A stretch of 64,000 nt of DNA, taken from contig CBDCOH010000002.1 in assembly GCA_965219685.1 (NCBI GenBank), positions 1,376,001 to 1,440,000 on the forward strand, read 5' to 3'. Below the pieces are notes generated by a model that worked only from the letters and a program-made list of their open reading frames with translations, was not told the DNA's origin and made no database searches. This DNA is from Candidatus Spongiisociaceae bacterium. GTDB taxonomy: Bacteria > Actinomycetota > Acidimicrobiia > Spongiisociales > Spongiisociaceae. The translations under genes were made by a program, and so were the position numbers. Shown piece by piece: positions 39,100 through 49,430 of the stretch. The first letter of the stretch is position 1. Each line of letters opens with the position of its first letter.

Positions 39100-40131
39100 C
39101 TACGCGTCGTCGTTTGCAATGACCCAGATCTGCTTCAGCGGGAGTTCGGCCTGGATCTCTTTGGGGAGACGGTCGTAGTTCTCGGTGATCTTTTCGATCA
39201 GATCGGCTGAGTCCCATATTCGAAGGTTGAACCACTGGTCCCGCGCCAACCTCCGTGCACCCCGGTTGAACCCGCTCCACGACACGAACAGCGACTGATC
39301 GGCGCCGAAGCTGCCAGCGGCGCCCAAGAGGTTTCGTAACGTGGGACCATCCACCGCCTTCTGTCCCGACTTGACCTGGACAGCGATCCTGGGCGGCTCA
39401 AAGCCGAGCGGTCCCCGGGCGGCCAGCACGTCGACTCCGCCGTCGGGACCGGCCGGGGACCGGAATGTGACGTAACCCTCCGCATCGAGTACCGCCTCGA
39501 CCAGTCTCTCCAACCCGTGTGCTTTGAACGTCGCGGCTATGTGGGCCGCGATGCCGTCGATCGCCAACGGCTCGATATCCACCGCGCCTTCTTCGTCGAC
39601 CGAGTCCGTACGGTCCTCTTGAGTCACTTCGCCCGATTGGCGGAGTTCCGGATCGCGCCCGGTCCGGGAGAACTCGGCCAGACGGGCTACTGCATTGTTC
39701 CGACTCGGGCTGAAAACCGTATGCAGGCCGCCCAACGTGTGGAGGAGATCCTGGCCGAGTGAACTTCGGGGCTGCTCGGTCAGCAGCCACTCCACAGGGC
39801 GAACGTGACGGCACCCGTCAGGGTTGCCGGGCTGGAACTTGTATCGGCCCGTGCATCGCCCTACCGCCAAGGTCCTTGTCCTCTTGGCGGGCAACACCAC
39901 CAGATCACCGATGTCGATGCTACGGACGAAGCGGAAGATCTGCCCGGCGTGGTTCAGCAGCCTGCCTCCCTCGGCGTATCCCGTAGCCAAGAGTTTCTCG
40001 CGGACTTCATCGCGGCCTTTGACGTTCGACAAGTCCCCCAACTCGTCCCAACCGATAACGACTACACCCATCTCCAGGGCGAAATCCTCATTCTCGCCGT
40101 CCTTGCCGGCGCGAACCACCCATGCCCTCAT
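39100..40131 (-). CDS. Mrr-family restriction endonuclease
   Basis: WVVRAG N-terminus; DGGVDV..AVQVKS Mrr_cat motif; LPLKQIW end. Confidence 0.85.
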   Translation of the reverse strand: MRAWVVRAGKDGENEDFALEMGVVVIGWDELGDLSNVKGRDEVREKLLATGYAEGGRLLNHAGQIFRFVRSIDIGDLVVLPAKRTRTLAVGRCTGRYKFQPGNPDGCRHVRPVEWLLTEQPRSSLGQDLLHTLGGLHTVFSPSRNNAVARLAEFSRTGRDPELRQSGEVTQEDRTDSVDEEGAVDIEPLAIDGIAAHIAATFKAHGLERLVEAVLDAEGYVTFRSPAGPDGGVDVLAARGPLGFEPPRIAVQVKSGQKAVDGPTLRNLLGAAGSFGADQSLFVSWSGFNRGARRLARDQWFNLRIWDSADLIEKITENYDRLPKEIQAELPLKQIWVIANDDA

Positions 40132-40148
40132 CCGCTCTACCTCCGTCG

Positions 40149-42848
40149 TTACGCGTCGGCGTGCCAGGGATCGGTGGCTTCGGCCGCGATCCGGTAGCGC
40201 TTGATGGCCCGGGCGACCTCCGCCGGGTCCAGCCTTCCTTCAGCTGCCAGATGCGACAGCACGGCTACCACGATGTGGGGACCGTCCACCTCGAAGAACT
40301 TTCGCAGCGAGTCGCGGGTGTCGGAACGGCCGAACCCGTCGGTGCCGAGCGAAGTGAAAGGTCGTGGGATCCAGCGGGACACCTGGTCGGGAACCGCCCG
40401 CATGTAGTCTGTGACCGCCACCACCGGGCCATGGGACCCTGCCAGGTGCCGGGTGACGGTGGGAATCCTGGGTTCCTCGGCGGGATGGAGGCGGTTCCAT
40501 CGCTCGGTGGATATCGCGTCTTCCCGGAGGTTTCCATAGGAGGTCACACTCCACAGTTCGGCCCCGACGTCATAGCGTCCGGCCAGTTCCTCCCTGGCCC
40601 AGCGGGCAGCCGAGTGGCTGGGGCCTGAGAAGAGGACGGACGCCTTGTGCGCGGTGTTCTCCGGTGACTCGGCGTAGCGGTACATCCCTTCGACGATGCC
40701 CTGGCGGACCCCGTCGGGCATCTCGGGCTGGGGGTAGTTCTCGTTGTAGATGGTGATGTAGAAGATGACGTCGTCGTGCTCTATACACATCCGGTGCAGG
40801 CCGTTCTCGATGATCACAGCGAGTTCGTAGGCGAACGCGGGGTCGTAGGAGACGACTCCCGGGTTGGTACCGGCGAGGATGTGGCTGTGCCCGTCCTGGT
40901 GCTGGAGACCCTCTCCGGCCAGGGTCGTGCGCCCGGCCGTGGCGCCCATCAGGAACCCTCGCGCCCGGGCGTCGGCTGCCTGCCAGATGAGATCTCCAAC
41001 CCTCTGGAAACCGAACATGGAGTAGAAGGCGAAGAACGGGACCATCGGCACGCCCCGGTCGGCATAGGCCGTCCCCGCCGCGATGAAGCTGCACACCGAA
41101 CCGGCTTCGGTGATCCCTTCCTCGAGGATCTGGCCGTCCTGCGCCTCCTTGTAGGAGAGGAGCATGTCGGCGTCGATCGGCTCGTACTTCTGGCCTCCCG
41201 CCGCGTATATCTTGAGCTCGCGGAAGAGGCCGTCCATCCCGAAGGTCCGCGCCTCGTCGGGAACGATCGGGACGAGACGCTCGCCGAAGTCCTCGTCCCT
41301 GGCCAGGCTCCTGAGCAGACGCACGTAGGCCATGGTCGTGGAGGCGGCGAACTCCCCCGTCCCGGCGTGAAACTCCTCGTAGACCGCCGGATCCGGCATG
41401 TGCACCGGCCGCCGTATGCGGACGGAACGGCTGGGGAGCGTCCCGTGCAGGGCCTTGCGACGGTCCATCATGTACTGGTACTCGGGTGAGTCGACCCCGA
41501 ACCTGCGGAACGGGAGTTCCCGGCCGTCCTCCAATTCCTCGGCAGCGATGTCGTCCTGCAGGCTGAGCCGAACCCGCAGCTCCCGGAACTGCTCGTTCGA
41601 CATCTTCTTGATCTGGTGGGTGGCGTTGCGGCCTTCGATATCCGGTCCGAGTGTCCAACCCTTGATGGTCTTGGCGAGGATCACCGTGGGGGCGCCCTCC
41701 TGCTCGGTGGCCGCCTTGTAGGCCGCGTACAGCTTCTTGTAGTCGTGACCCCCGCGGGGCAACTTCTCGAGATGGCGGTCGGAGAGGTGGGCGACCATCC
41801 TCCGCAACCTCGGGTCCGGTCCGAAGAACTTCTCCCTTATCTCCGAGCCGGGCGCCACCTGCAGCCGTTGGTACTCACCGTCCACCGTCTGGTTCATGCG
41901 ATGCAACAGCACTCCGTCTACATCGCGAGCGAGCAGTTCGTCCCAGCCCCAACCCCAGATCACTTTGATGACGTTCCAGCCCGCCCCTCGGAACACCGCT
42001 TCCAACTCCTGGATGATCTTGCCGTTGCCGCGGACCGGACCGTCGAGGCGCTGGAGGTTGCAGTTGACCACCCAGATCAGGTTGTCGAGCTGCTCGCGGG
42101 CGGCCAGCGAGATCGACCCGAGGGTCTCGGGTTCGTCGCACTCGCCGTCACCCACGAAACACCAGATACGCGACTCGCTGGTGTCATCGAGCCGCCGGTT
42201 GTGCAGGTAACGGTTGAACCGTGCCTGGTAGATGGAAGCGATCGGCCCGAGGCCCATCGAGACGGTGGGGTACTCCCAGAAGTCGGGCATGAGGCGGGGA
42301 TGCGGGTACGAGGAGAGGCCGCCCTCCGACAGCTCGCGGCGGAAGTGTTCGAGGTTCCCCTCGTCGAGGCGCCGCTCCAGGTAGGCCCTGGCATATATGC
42401 CGGGCGCCGCGTGGCCCTGGATGTAGACGTGGTCGCCCGGCGTCCCACCGGCCTTGCCCCGGAAGAAGTGGTTGAAGCCGACCTCGTACTGGGCCGCGGA
42501 CGAGGCGAAGGTCGAGAGGTGCCCCCCTATCCCCTCGGCCGTCTTGTTGGCCCTGACCACCATGACCGCGGCGTTCCACCTGATGAACCGCCGGATCCGC
42601 TTCTCCAGGTACTCGTCTCCCGGGAACCACGCCTGCTCCTCGGCGGGGATCGTGTTCACGTAGGGTGTGGACACGGTGGCCGGGTAGCCGACCTGCAGTT
42701 GCCGGGCGCGCTCCAGCATGGATCGCATCAGGAAGCGGGCCCGCGTCTTCCCCCGTTCGTTGACGACCGACTCGAGCGAGTCGAGCCACTCCTGGGTTTC
42801 CTCCGGATCGATGTCGGGCAGTTGGTGGAAGAAACCGTCGATCATCAA
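40149..42848 (-). CDS. aceE: Pyruvate dehydrogenase E1 component, homodimeric type
   Basis: DIDPEETQEWL, GGHLSTFAS, PTVSMGLG, GDGECDEPE, PDEARTFG, GTDGFGRSDTR. Confidence 0.97.
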   Translation of the reverse strand: MMIDGFFHQLPDIDPEETQEWLDSLESVVNERGKTRARFLMRSMLERARQLQVGYPATVSTPYVNTIPAEEQAWFPGDEYLEKRIRRFIRWNAAVMVVRANKTAEGIGGHLSTFASSAAQYEVGFNHFFRGKAGGTPGDHVYIQGHAAPGIYARAYLERRLDEGNLEHFRRELSEGGLSSYPHPRLMPDFWEYPTVSMGLGPIASIYQARFNRYLHNRRLDDTSESRIWCFVGDGECDEPETLGSISLAAREQLDNLIWVVNCNLQRLDGPVRGNGKIIQELEAVFRGAGWNVIKVIWGWGWDELLARDVDGVLLHRMNQTVDGEYQRLQVAPGSEIREKFFGPDPRLRRMVAHLSDRHLEKLPRGGHDYKKLYAAYKAATEQEGAPTVILAKTIKGWTLGPDIEGRNATHQIKKMSNEQFRELRVRLSLQDDIAAEELEDGRELPFRRFGVDSPEYQYMMDRRKALHGTLPSRSVRIRRPVHMPDPAVYEEFHAGTGEFAASTTMAYVRLLRSLARDEDFGERLVPIVPDEARTFGMDGLFRELKIYAAGGQKYEPIDADMLLSYKEAQDGQILEEGITEAGSVCSFIAAGTAYADRGVPMVPFFAFYSMFGFQRVGDLIWQAADARARGFLMGATAGRTTLAGEGLQHQDGHSHILAGTNPGVVSYDPAFAYELAVIIENGLHRMCIEHDDVIFYITIYNENYPQPEMPDGVRQGIVEGMYRYAESPENTAHKASVLFSGPSHSAARWAREELAGRYDVGAELWSVTSYGNLREDAISTERWNRLHPAEEPRIPTVTRHLAGSHGPVVAVTDYMRAVPDQVSRWIPRPFTSLGTDGFGRSDTRDSLRKFFEVDGPHIVVAVLSHLAAEGRLDPAEVARAIKRYRIAAEATDPWHADA

Positions 42849-43057
42849 GGTGGGAACACTCCTTGGACTGTCATCAGCACTAACTCTATCCTCTCTTGAA
42901 GTGAAGAGGGACCGTGCTCAGTTACAGATGTCCTCCATCGGCGTAGCGAATTCGAACAGGGCAGAACCCCAGGGCTCCCCGACCGGTTACACCCTCAGAT
43001 CACGGGCGGGAAAACAGGCTGGTGAGTAGGTTCGGGTGGGTGCTGGTGGAGCCTTGG

Positions 43058-43339
43058 TCAGACTCCGGCTGCGCCGATGGCAAACAACCCGGCCAAGGCC
43101 ACGATGAACAGAACTACCCCGGCGAGGGACACCACCAGTCCGGCAACTGCGAGCCCATGGCGAGGCCGTTCTGGCGACTTGCGGGCCTTTGCAAGGCCGA
43201 CGGCGGAGAAAACCAGTCCCAAGAGCCAGACGATTTGCGCCACGACTGGCAGCCAGAAGAGGACAACGGCGCAAAGGGCAAGAACGAAGCCAGCAACGGC
43301 GATCCCATTTGTGCTATTGGGGCCGCTAGGTTCGGTCAT
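43058..43339 (-). CDS. DUF4190-like small membrane protein
   Basis: NGIAVAGFVL..GLAVAGLVVS; AAGGAGG RBS. Confidence 0.7.
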   Translation of the reverse strand: MTEPSGPNSTNGIAVAGFVLALCAVVLFWLPVVAQIVWLLGLVFSAVGLAKARKSPERPRHGLAVAGLVVSLAGVVLFIVALAGLFAIGAAGV

Positions 43340-43548
43340 GGTCGAACGCCTCCTTAGGTTGGGACCTCGCATCATATCAGCGCCACCGGACCACTGACCT
43401 GGCGAAAGGCCACGCGAACCGAGCGCCGAGCCGAAAGGCAATCCAGACGCCTCAACGGTGACGATCCAACCTCGTTCACGACAAGAACCCGTGTACCCGC
43501 GGGTTCTTACACCCATGTAATTACGAGGGAGCCTCAGACCACCCCAGC

Positions 43549-44820
43549 ATGGATGAACCGAGATGTCCTATCAATTCGCGGATCAGCCCGACATCGCGAG
43601 CGGCGTCGATCGGTGTGACACCTGCGCCCAGCTGCAACTACCGTGTCCCGGTGACCATCTGGTGCTTGGATCCGTCCGTCAGCCATCTCAACCACGGCTC
43701 GTTCGGCGCCACCCCCGCCCCGGTGCTGGATGTGCAGCGCCGGTGGCGGGACCTGATGGAGTCCAACCCGACCCGGTTCATGCTGGACCAGTACCAACCG
43801 GCCCTCGACCGCGCTCGACAGAGACTGGCCCGGTTCGTCGGATGCGATCAGGGGAACCTCGGGTTCGTCAACAACGCCACCGCAGGCGTCAACGCGGTGC
43901 TGCGCTCGCTGGAGGCGACCTTGCGGCCGGGCGACGAGATAGTGGTCACCGACCACGGTTACAACGCGTGCCGCAACGCGGCGCTGGTAACCGCGGCCCG
44001 GACCGGAGCCAGGGTGGTAACCGCCTCGTTCCCCTTCCCCATCGAAGGTTCGTGGCAGGCGATGGAGGGCGTCATGGCAGCGGTCAGCGCCCGGACCAGG
44101 CTGGTACTCATCGACTCGGTGACCTCCCCCACGGCCCTGGTGCTTCCGGTAGCCGACCTGGTGGGAGCTCTGGAGCCCGATGTCCGGGTTCTTGTCGATG
44201 CGGCCCACGCTCCCGGAATGGTCGACTTCGATCTCGACTCGTTGGGCGCCTCCTACGTGACCGCCAACTGTCACAAGTGGATGTGCGCCCCCAAGGGCTC
44301 CGCCTTCCTTTACGTCCGGGAGGACCGGCGCCGTGACATCTACCCGGCCGTCATCAGCCATGGATACAACGGAGCATGGCCTGCCGAGGGCGGACATCTC
44401 CACACCCAGTTCGACTGGACGGGAACTGACGACCCGACGGCCTGGCTGGCGGTGCCCGATGCCCTGGACACGGTCGGCGGGCTCCACCCGGACGGCTGGG
44501 CCGGGATCCGGCACAGCAACCGCCAACTCTGCCTGGCCGGCCGTGACATCCTCATCGAGTCGCTCGGGATCGACAGGCCGGCGCCGGACGACATGATCGG
44601 TGCCATCGCATCTGTACCCCTCCCGGACTCGCGGGGGCGCGCCCGAAACATCTTCGATCCTCTGATGGAGGCGCTGCGTTCCAGGTGGTCCATTGAAGCG
44701 ATGGTGTTCACATGGCCGGAACCCCCGCATAGGTTGCTGCGGATCTCGGCGCAGCAGTACAACCGGATCGACGAATTCCACCGCCTGGCCCGAGCCGTGA
44801 AGTCCGAGCTAGACGATTAG
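43549..44820 (+). CDS. PLP class-V enzyme (isopenicillin N epimerase / C-S lyase-like); start uncertain
   Basis: LNHGSFGA, NAT, DAAH, NCHKWMCAPKG, FDWTGTDD. Confidence 0.88.
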   Translation: MDEPRCPINSRISPTSRAASIGVTPAPSCNYRVPVTIWCLDPSVSHLNHGSFGATPAPVLDVQRRWRDLMESNPTRFMLDQYQPALDRARQRLARFVGCDQGNLGFVNNATAGVNAVLRSLEATLRPGDEIVVTDHGYNACRNAALVTAARTGARVVTASFPFPIEGSWQAMEGVMAAVSARTRLVLIDSVTSPTALVLPVADLVGALEPDVRVLVDAAHAPGMVDFDLDSLGASYVTANCHKWMCAPKGSAFLYVREDRRRDIYPAVISHGYNGAWPAEGGHLHTQFDWTGTDDPTAWLAVPDALDTVGGLHPDGWAGIRHSNRQLCLAGRDILIESLGIDRPAPDDMIGAIASVPLPDSRGRARNIFDPLMEALRSRWSIEAMVFTWPEPPHRLLRISAQQYNRIDEFHRLARAVKSELDD

Positions 44821-44916
44821 CTCCAAGCCATCAGACCGCAAGCGATCAGGGTATTGCTCGGGCAGCGCCATCCGGACCGGAAAGTACCCGATCCAACGCT
44901 AACCACCGAGTACAAA

Positions 44917-44951
44917 CCAAACACCCCCAAACACCGAACACCTGATACCTA
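44917..44951. repeat. Degenerate heptamer tract at the EamA stop
   Basis: CCAAACA..CCAAACA CCGAACA CCTGATA CCTA. Confidence 0.5.
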
Positions 44952-45863
44952 GAAGGGTGACCGGCGCGCCCGGGCAGCCGTCCGCCGGGGGAGGTCGTCC
45001 GATGCGACTCCCTTCCGCATGACGAGGGTCACCGCGGCGAGAATGACCACGCCGCCGGCGAGCACCCACGGGGCCGGTCTCTCGCCTAGAACGATCCAAC
45101 CGGATACCGTCGCGAGCGGCGGGGTGGCGTAGATTGCCGAAGCGACGACCGATGCGGGCGCATCCATCAGCGCCATCGCCCAGAAGACGAAACCGAGGGC
45201 GGAGGCGCCGATTCCGAGGTACAGGAAGGCGAAAACCGCGTCCGGGGGCGCGCTGAGCACCTGCGGTAGCACCCGCGGGGTCAAGGGCAGAGCCGTGACT
45301 GTGGCCGACCACAAGGCCCACGTGACCACCTGCGCGGGTCGGTACCTCGACATCAATCGCTTCGTCATCACTATGTAGCCGGCATGTGCGATGGCTGCGA
45401 CGACCACCAGGACCGCCGGCACATCCAGCCGGATCCGGTCTCCCTGGCCGAGCACCACCAGCACCAACCCCGGGAATGCCGCCAGCAATCCGGCCCAACC
45501 CCAGCCGGTGAGACGTTCCCCGGCCATGCCTAAAGACATCACCGCCACCATGATGGGGCACAGCCCGAGAAGGATCGCCGCGGTTGCCGACTCCACTACC
45601 TCCAGGGCGGTGTTGAGGACCAACCAGTAGACGGTCATCCCCAGAACCCCCGATGCGGACACCCGCCAGCGGTCGCCCCGGGCGGGGAACCCGACCCGCA
45701 CGAACACCGCCATGAGGGAGAGGGCCGCCGAGGCCGTGATGATCCGTAGGGTCGTGACGGCCAGTGGGTCGAAGTGGCGGAGTGCCACCCGCGCCACGGT
45801 GTAGGAGGACGACCAGAGCAGGATCGCTGAGAACGCGGCAACGAGGGCCGCGCGAGAACCCAT
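44949..45863 (-). CDS. EamA/DMT family transporter
   Basis: About 10 TM segments; LWSSSY, GERL, LGE repeats. Confidence 0.9.
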   Translation of the reverse strand: MGSRAALVAAFSAILLWSSSYTVARVALRHFDPLAVTTLRIITASAALSLMAVFVRVGFPARGDRWRVSASGVLGMTVYWLVLNTALEVVESATAAILLGLCPIMVAVMSLGMAGERLTGWGWAGLLAAFPGLVLVVLGQGDRIRLDVPAVLVVVAAIAHAGYIVMTKRLMSRYRPAQVVTWALWSATVTALPLTPRVLPQVLSAPPDAVFAFLYLGIGASALGFVFWAMALMDAPASVVASAIYATPPLATVSGWIVLGERPAPWVLAGGVVILAAVTLVMRKGVASDDLPRRTAARARRSPF

Positions 45864-45932
45864 GACCGGATACCATACCCCGCCCGGAAACGGTCGATCA
45901 CCCGACCGGTGGCGGACCGTCCGGCGTGATGG

Positions 45933-46778
45933 TCAGCGGATCCCGGTGAAGAGGTCCTCCTCCCGGAAGGGAACGTGAACCCTCGAGTACAGGCGCTGGA
46001 ACGCCTCGGTCCCGACCGCCGCGGGGAGGTCCGCCTCCGGCACCTGAAGCATGAACCAGTCCTCGGGGATCTGGGAACGGTGTGCTCGCAGGGCCTCGAT
46101 CTTGAGATCCACCCATTGGGTCACGTCCACCATCGCGGAGATGTCCCCGTCGGGAGTACCCCACCCTTCGGACTCCGCCGCTTCCTCCTCGGTGATCAGA
46201 CCAGCCGCTAACCGGGCCGCGGTCATGGCCGCCACCCTGGAGCGCGGCCAGGTGCTCATGTAGAGCTTGGTAACCCTCCAGGGTTCCTCACCCTCCTCCA
46301 GCGGGAACCTCCGCACGTCGTCGCTGCCGAAGAAGGCGGACATGCCGATCCTGTGAACCTGGATGTGGTCGGGGTGGCCGTACCCCCCGAAGGGGTCGTA
46401 GATGGTTAGAACCTCGGGTGTGTACCGCCTGATGAGCTTCACGAGCCGGCCGGTCGCATCCATGAAATCGGCCTGCCAGAAGGAGTCGGGATGCTGGTTG
46501 GGCTCGGTCCCCATCATTCCCGAGTCGCGAAACCCGAGGAAGTGGTGGTTGGGTACGCCAAGGACGGCCAGGGCCTTGGCGATTTCCTCCGCCCTCAGTT
46601 CCACCAGGCGGGGTCGGAGTTCATCGGGGTTGTCGTAGTTGTGGATCTCCCCCTCTGCCCCATCAGTGGCGGTGACCACCACCACCTGCTCGCCCGACTG
46701 CAGATACTTGGCCAGCACGCCTCCGGTGGAGGTGACCTCGTCGTCGGGATGGGCGTGGAAGCAAAGAAGTCCGGGCAT
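45933..46778 (-). CDS. PIG-L family deacetylase (mycothiol MshB/Mca-like)
   Basis: HAHPDDE, GFRDSGMMG, GGYGHPDHIQVH, EDLFTGI. Confidence 0.88.
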   Translation of the reverse strand: MPGLLCFHAHPDDEVTSTGGVLAKYLQSGEQVVVVTATDGAEGEIHNYDNPDELRPRLVELRAEEIAKALAVLGVPNHHFLGFRDSGMMGTEPNQHPDSFWQADFMDATGRLVKLIRRYTPEVLTIYDPFGGYGHPDHIQVHRIGMSAFFGSDDVRRFPLEEGEEPWRVTKLYMSTWPRSRVAAMTAARLAAGLITEEEAAESEGWGTPDGDISAMVDVTQWVDLKIEALRAHRSQIPEDWFMLQVPEADLPAAVGTEAFQRLYSRVHVPFREEDLFTGIR

Positions 46779-46898
46779 GGGATCTCCGGTGTGGGGTATC
46801 GGACGTTTCGAAGGGTCAGGATAGATGGAACGGAGCCCTTCGCAGCCGCGCTTGCACACGATTCCGAAACCATCACGTCGGGGATCCCGGTGCGGGGT

Positions 46899-47906
46899 TC
46901 AGCCGCCGATGTAGCTCATCTCGACCTTCGGAAGGTCGACCGTCGCCTCCGAACGGATCTCCGAGTACCGGTCCGCACGGACCTCCCACACTCTGCGGAC
47001 CATCCCGAGAATCTCCTCCTCGCCCCCACCACGTCGCAGAACGGACCGCAGGTCGGTCCCGCTGGTGGCGAACAGGCACGTGTACAGCATCCCTTCGGCG
47101 GATATGCGGGCCCGGGTGCAAGTCCGGCAGAACGGCTGGGTCACCGACGCGATGAACCCGATCTCACCCTGTCCATCCAGATACTCCCAGCGCCGGGCCA
47201 CTTCGCCCCGGTAGTTGGGCGCCGCCGGCCGGATCGGGAACTCCGCATTGATCCGCCCGATGAGTTCCGCCGCCGGTACCACGTCGTCGAGGCACCACCC
47301 GTTGGTGGCCCCTACATCCATGTACTCGATGAACCGCAGGATGTGGCCGGTCCCACGGAAGAAGCGGGCCATGTCGACCACGCCATGGTCGTTCACCCCC
47401 CGCTTGACCACTGCGTTCACCTTCACCGGCAGACCGGCCACCGACGCCGCCTCGATGCCGTCGAGGACCGCCCCGACCGGGAAACCGACATCGTTCATCG
47501 CCTGGAACACGGCGTCGTCCAGCGAGTCGAGAGACACGGTGATCCTGGCGAGGCCGGCCGACGCCAGCGCGGGCGCCTTCCGGACCAGCAGGGACGCGTT
47601 GGTGGTGAGGGTCACCTCGCAGCCGGTTGCCTCCACCAACATCCCCACCAGGTCCTCGATGCCCTTTCGGAGCAGCGGCTCCCCCCCGGTGAGGCGGATC
47701 TTGCGGACCCCGAGCCGCTCGAAGGCCCGGGCCAGGGTGGTCAGTTCCTCGAAGTTGAGTAGGAGATCGCGCCTGAGAAACACGTAGTCGCGGTTGAAGA
47801 TCTCCGCTGGCATGCAGTACCGGCACCGGAAGTTGCACCGGTCGGTCACCGACAGACGTAGGTCTCGGAGGGGCCGCTGCTGGGTGTCGACGGCTACAGG
47901 TTCCAT
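46899..47906 (-). CDS. moaA: GTP 3',8-cyclase (radical SAM)
   Basis: SVTDRCNFRCRYCMP, LTGGEPLLR, FCRTCTRAR..TCLF, C-terminal MSYIGG. Confidence 0.95.
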   Translation of the reverse strand: MEPVAVDTQQRPLRDLRLSVTDRCNFRCRYCMPAEIFNRDYVFLRRDLLLNFEELTTLARAFERLGVRKIRLTGGEPLLRKGIEDLVGMLVEATGCEVTLTTNASLLVRKAPALASAGLARITVSLDSLDDAVFQAMNDVGFPVGAVLDGIEAASVAGLPVKVNAVVKRGVNDHGVVDMARFFRGTGHILRFIEYMDVGATNGWCLDDVVPAAELIGRINAEFPIRPAAPNYRGEVARRWEYLDGQGEIGFIASVTQPFCRTCTRARISAEGMLYTCLFATSGTDLRSVLRRGGGEEEILGMVRRVWEVRADRYSEIRSEATVDLPKVEMSYIGG

Positions 47907-48053
47907 CTGCAACAGGTTACCGGCTCGGCCCGCCGGAGTGCTACCGGAGCTTAACAATTACCACTCTGCTCACCTACCTCTTGATGAACACATACTCCCT
48001 ATGTATGTTTCTAACACTGGCAGGGGTTAAAGGTGTTCGGCAAGGGAACAGCA

Positions 48054-48494
48054 ATGATTGGCGTACGGGAACCTCCGAGAAGCGGTAGGAACGCGGCAGC
48101 TGGTACGTCCCACCGTTTGCGCGCCCGAGGCCAGGCGGGAGGCGCGGCGGTTGAGGTGCTGATGGCCATGGGAGTGGCCCTGTTGCTCACGCTCCTGCTC
48201 GTGAATGTCCTGCTGATGCTCTACGGCCGCTCGGTCCTGCAGCACGCTGCCGACATCGGCGCCCGCAACGGTGCACGGTCAGGTGGTACCGAGACCAGCT
48301 GCGAGACCGCGACCGCGGAAGCCATCGAGAGACTGGCCGCTCTATACGCCGGCAGTGCCGGAGTCGAGTGTTCTCGCGAGACGCTGGCCACATCAGCCAC
48401 CGTCACCGCCCGCCTCGAGCCGGTCTTCACGGGCCTGGGGTCGGGGTGGGATGTGACGGTGAGGGCCACCAGCGCCACGGAGGTCGTGCCTTGA
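48054..48494 (+). CDS. TadE-like pseudopilin
   Basis: G-GAAVE prepilin motif, hydrophobic helix, AA..GAR. Confidence 0.75.
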   Translation: MIGVREPPRSGRNAAAGTSHRLRARGQAGGAAVEVLMAMGVALLLTLLLVNVLLMLYGRSVLQHAADIGARNGARSGGTETSCETATAEAIERLAALYAGSAGVECSRETLATSATVTARLEPVFTGLGSGWDVTVRATSATEVVP

Positions 48495-48931
48495 ACATCC
48501 TTACAGGGATACCGCCGCTTCGGACCGAGCGGGGGTCCGGCGCCGTCGAGCTGGTACTCACCGCGGCCTTCATCCTGATGCCGGTCGCCATGCTGCTGCT
48601 GAGCTTCCCGTTGATGGTTGCGTACCACTCGATGGGAGACGCGGCGGCCCGCGAGGCCGCGCGGGCCTGTGCAACTGCCTTCGACTCGACCTCCGGACAG
48701 GAACGCGCCGAGAGGATCGCCCACCGGATCCTGGGCGAACGTGGACTGGCCCCGGCCGCTACCCGTGTCACCGTCGACTGCGTCTCGTCCTGGCAACCGG
48801 ACGGAGAAGTAACCGCCACTGTCTCGTTCCGGGCCCCGATGATCGAGGTCGTGGGAATAGGCAGCCTCGGTTCGGTCACCGTCGAACGTTCGTACCGGGA
48901 GCGGATCGAGCCATACCGGAGTTGGCCATGA
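48491..48931 (+). CDS. TadE-like pseudopilin
   Basis: ERG-SGAVE, AAAREAARA, ERIEPYRS. Confidence 0.8.
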   Translation: MNILTGIPPLRTERGSGAVELVLTAAFILMPVAMLLLSFPLMVAYHSMGDAAAREAARACATAFDSTSGQERAERIAHRILGERGLAPAATRVTVDCVSSWQPDGEVTATVSFRAPMIEVVGIGSLGSVTVERSYRERIEPYRSWP

Positions 48932-49374
48932 GGCGAGCATCCGGTGAGTGGGGACGACCTCAGGCGGGCGAGGGCGGCGCCGTGATCATCTGGAGCCTCG
49001 GGCTGCTACTTCTCCTCTTCTTCGCCGGCGCCGTCGCCCTGGACCTCTGGCGGGTCGTCTCCAGTCATGGCACCCTGACCGGCATCGCCGACAAGGCAGC
49101 AATCGCGGGGGCGGCCGAGATAGATGCGCGCTCGCTCAGCAGCAACCAGCTCAGGCTGGTCCCCACCCGGGCGGTCACATCGGCGGAGGAATTCGCCCGG
49201 ACGCAACCCGAGTGGGACGGCGCCGCCATGACGGTCAGGGCCACCGCCGACTCGTCTCGCATCTCGGTGGTGGTGACGGGCCAGGTGCAGGTAAGCCTGC
49301 TGCGGATGTTCGCATCGGCCCAGGCGATAGAGCTCACTGTTGACAGCCGGGCATCGCCGGTCCTGTTCGAGTAG
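48928..49374 (+). CDS. Tad/TadG-like pilus-associated protein
   Basis: EGGAVII, ALDL, ADKAAIAGA. Confidence 0.78.
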   Translation: MRRASGEWGRPQAGEGGAVIIWSLGLLLLLFFAGAVALDLWRVVSSHGTLTGIADKAAIAGAAEIDARSLSSNQLRLVPTRAVTSAEEFARTQPEWDGAAMTVRATADSSRISVVVTGQVQVSLLRMFASAQAIELTVDSRASPVLFE

Positions 49375-49430
49375 ATGGTGTGTTCTCCGTCGATTAGTCG
49401 ATAGCGGGCAGTCATCGACCCGGTCGACCG

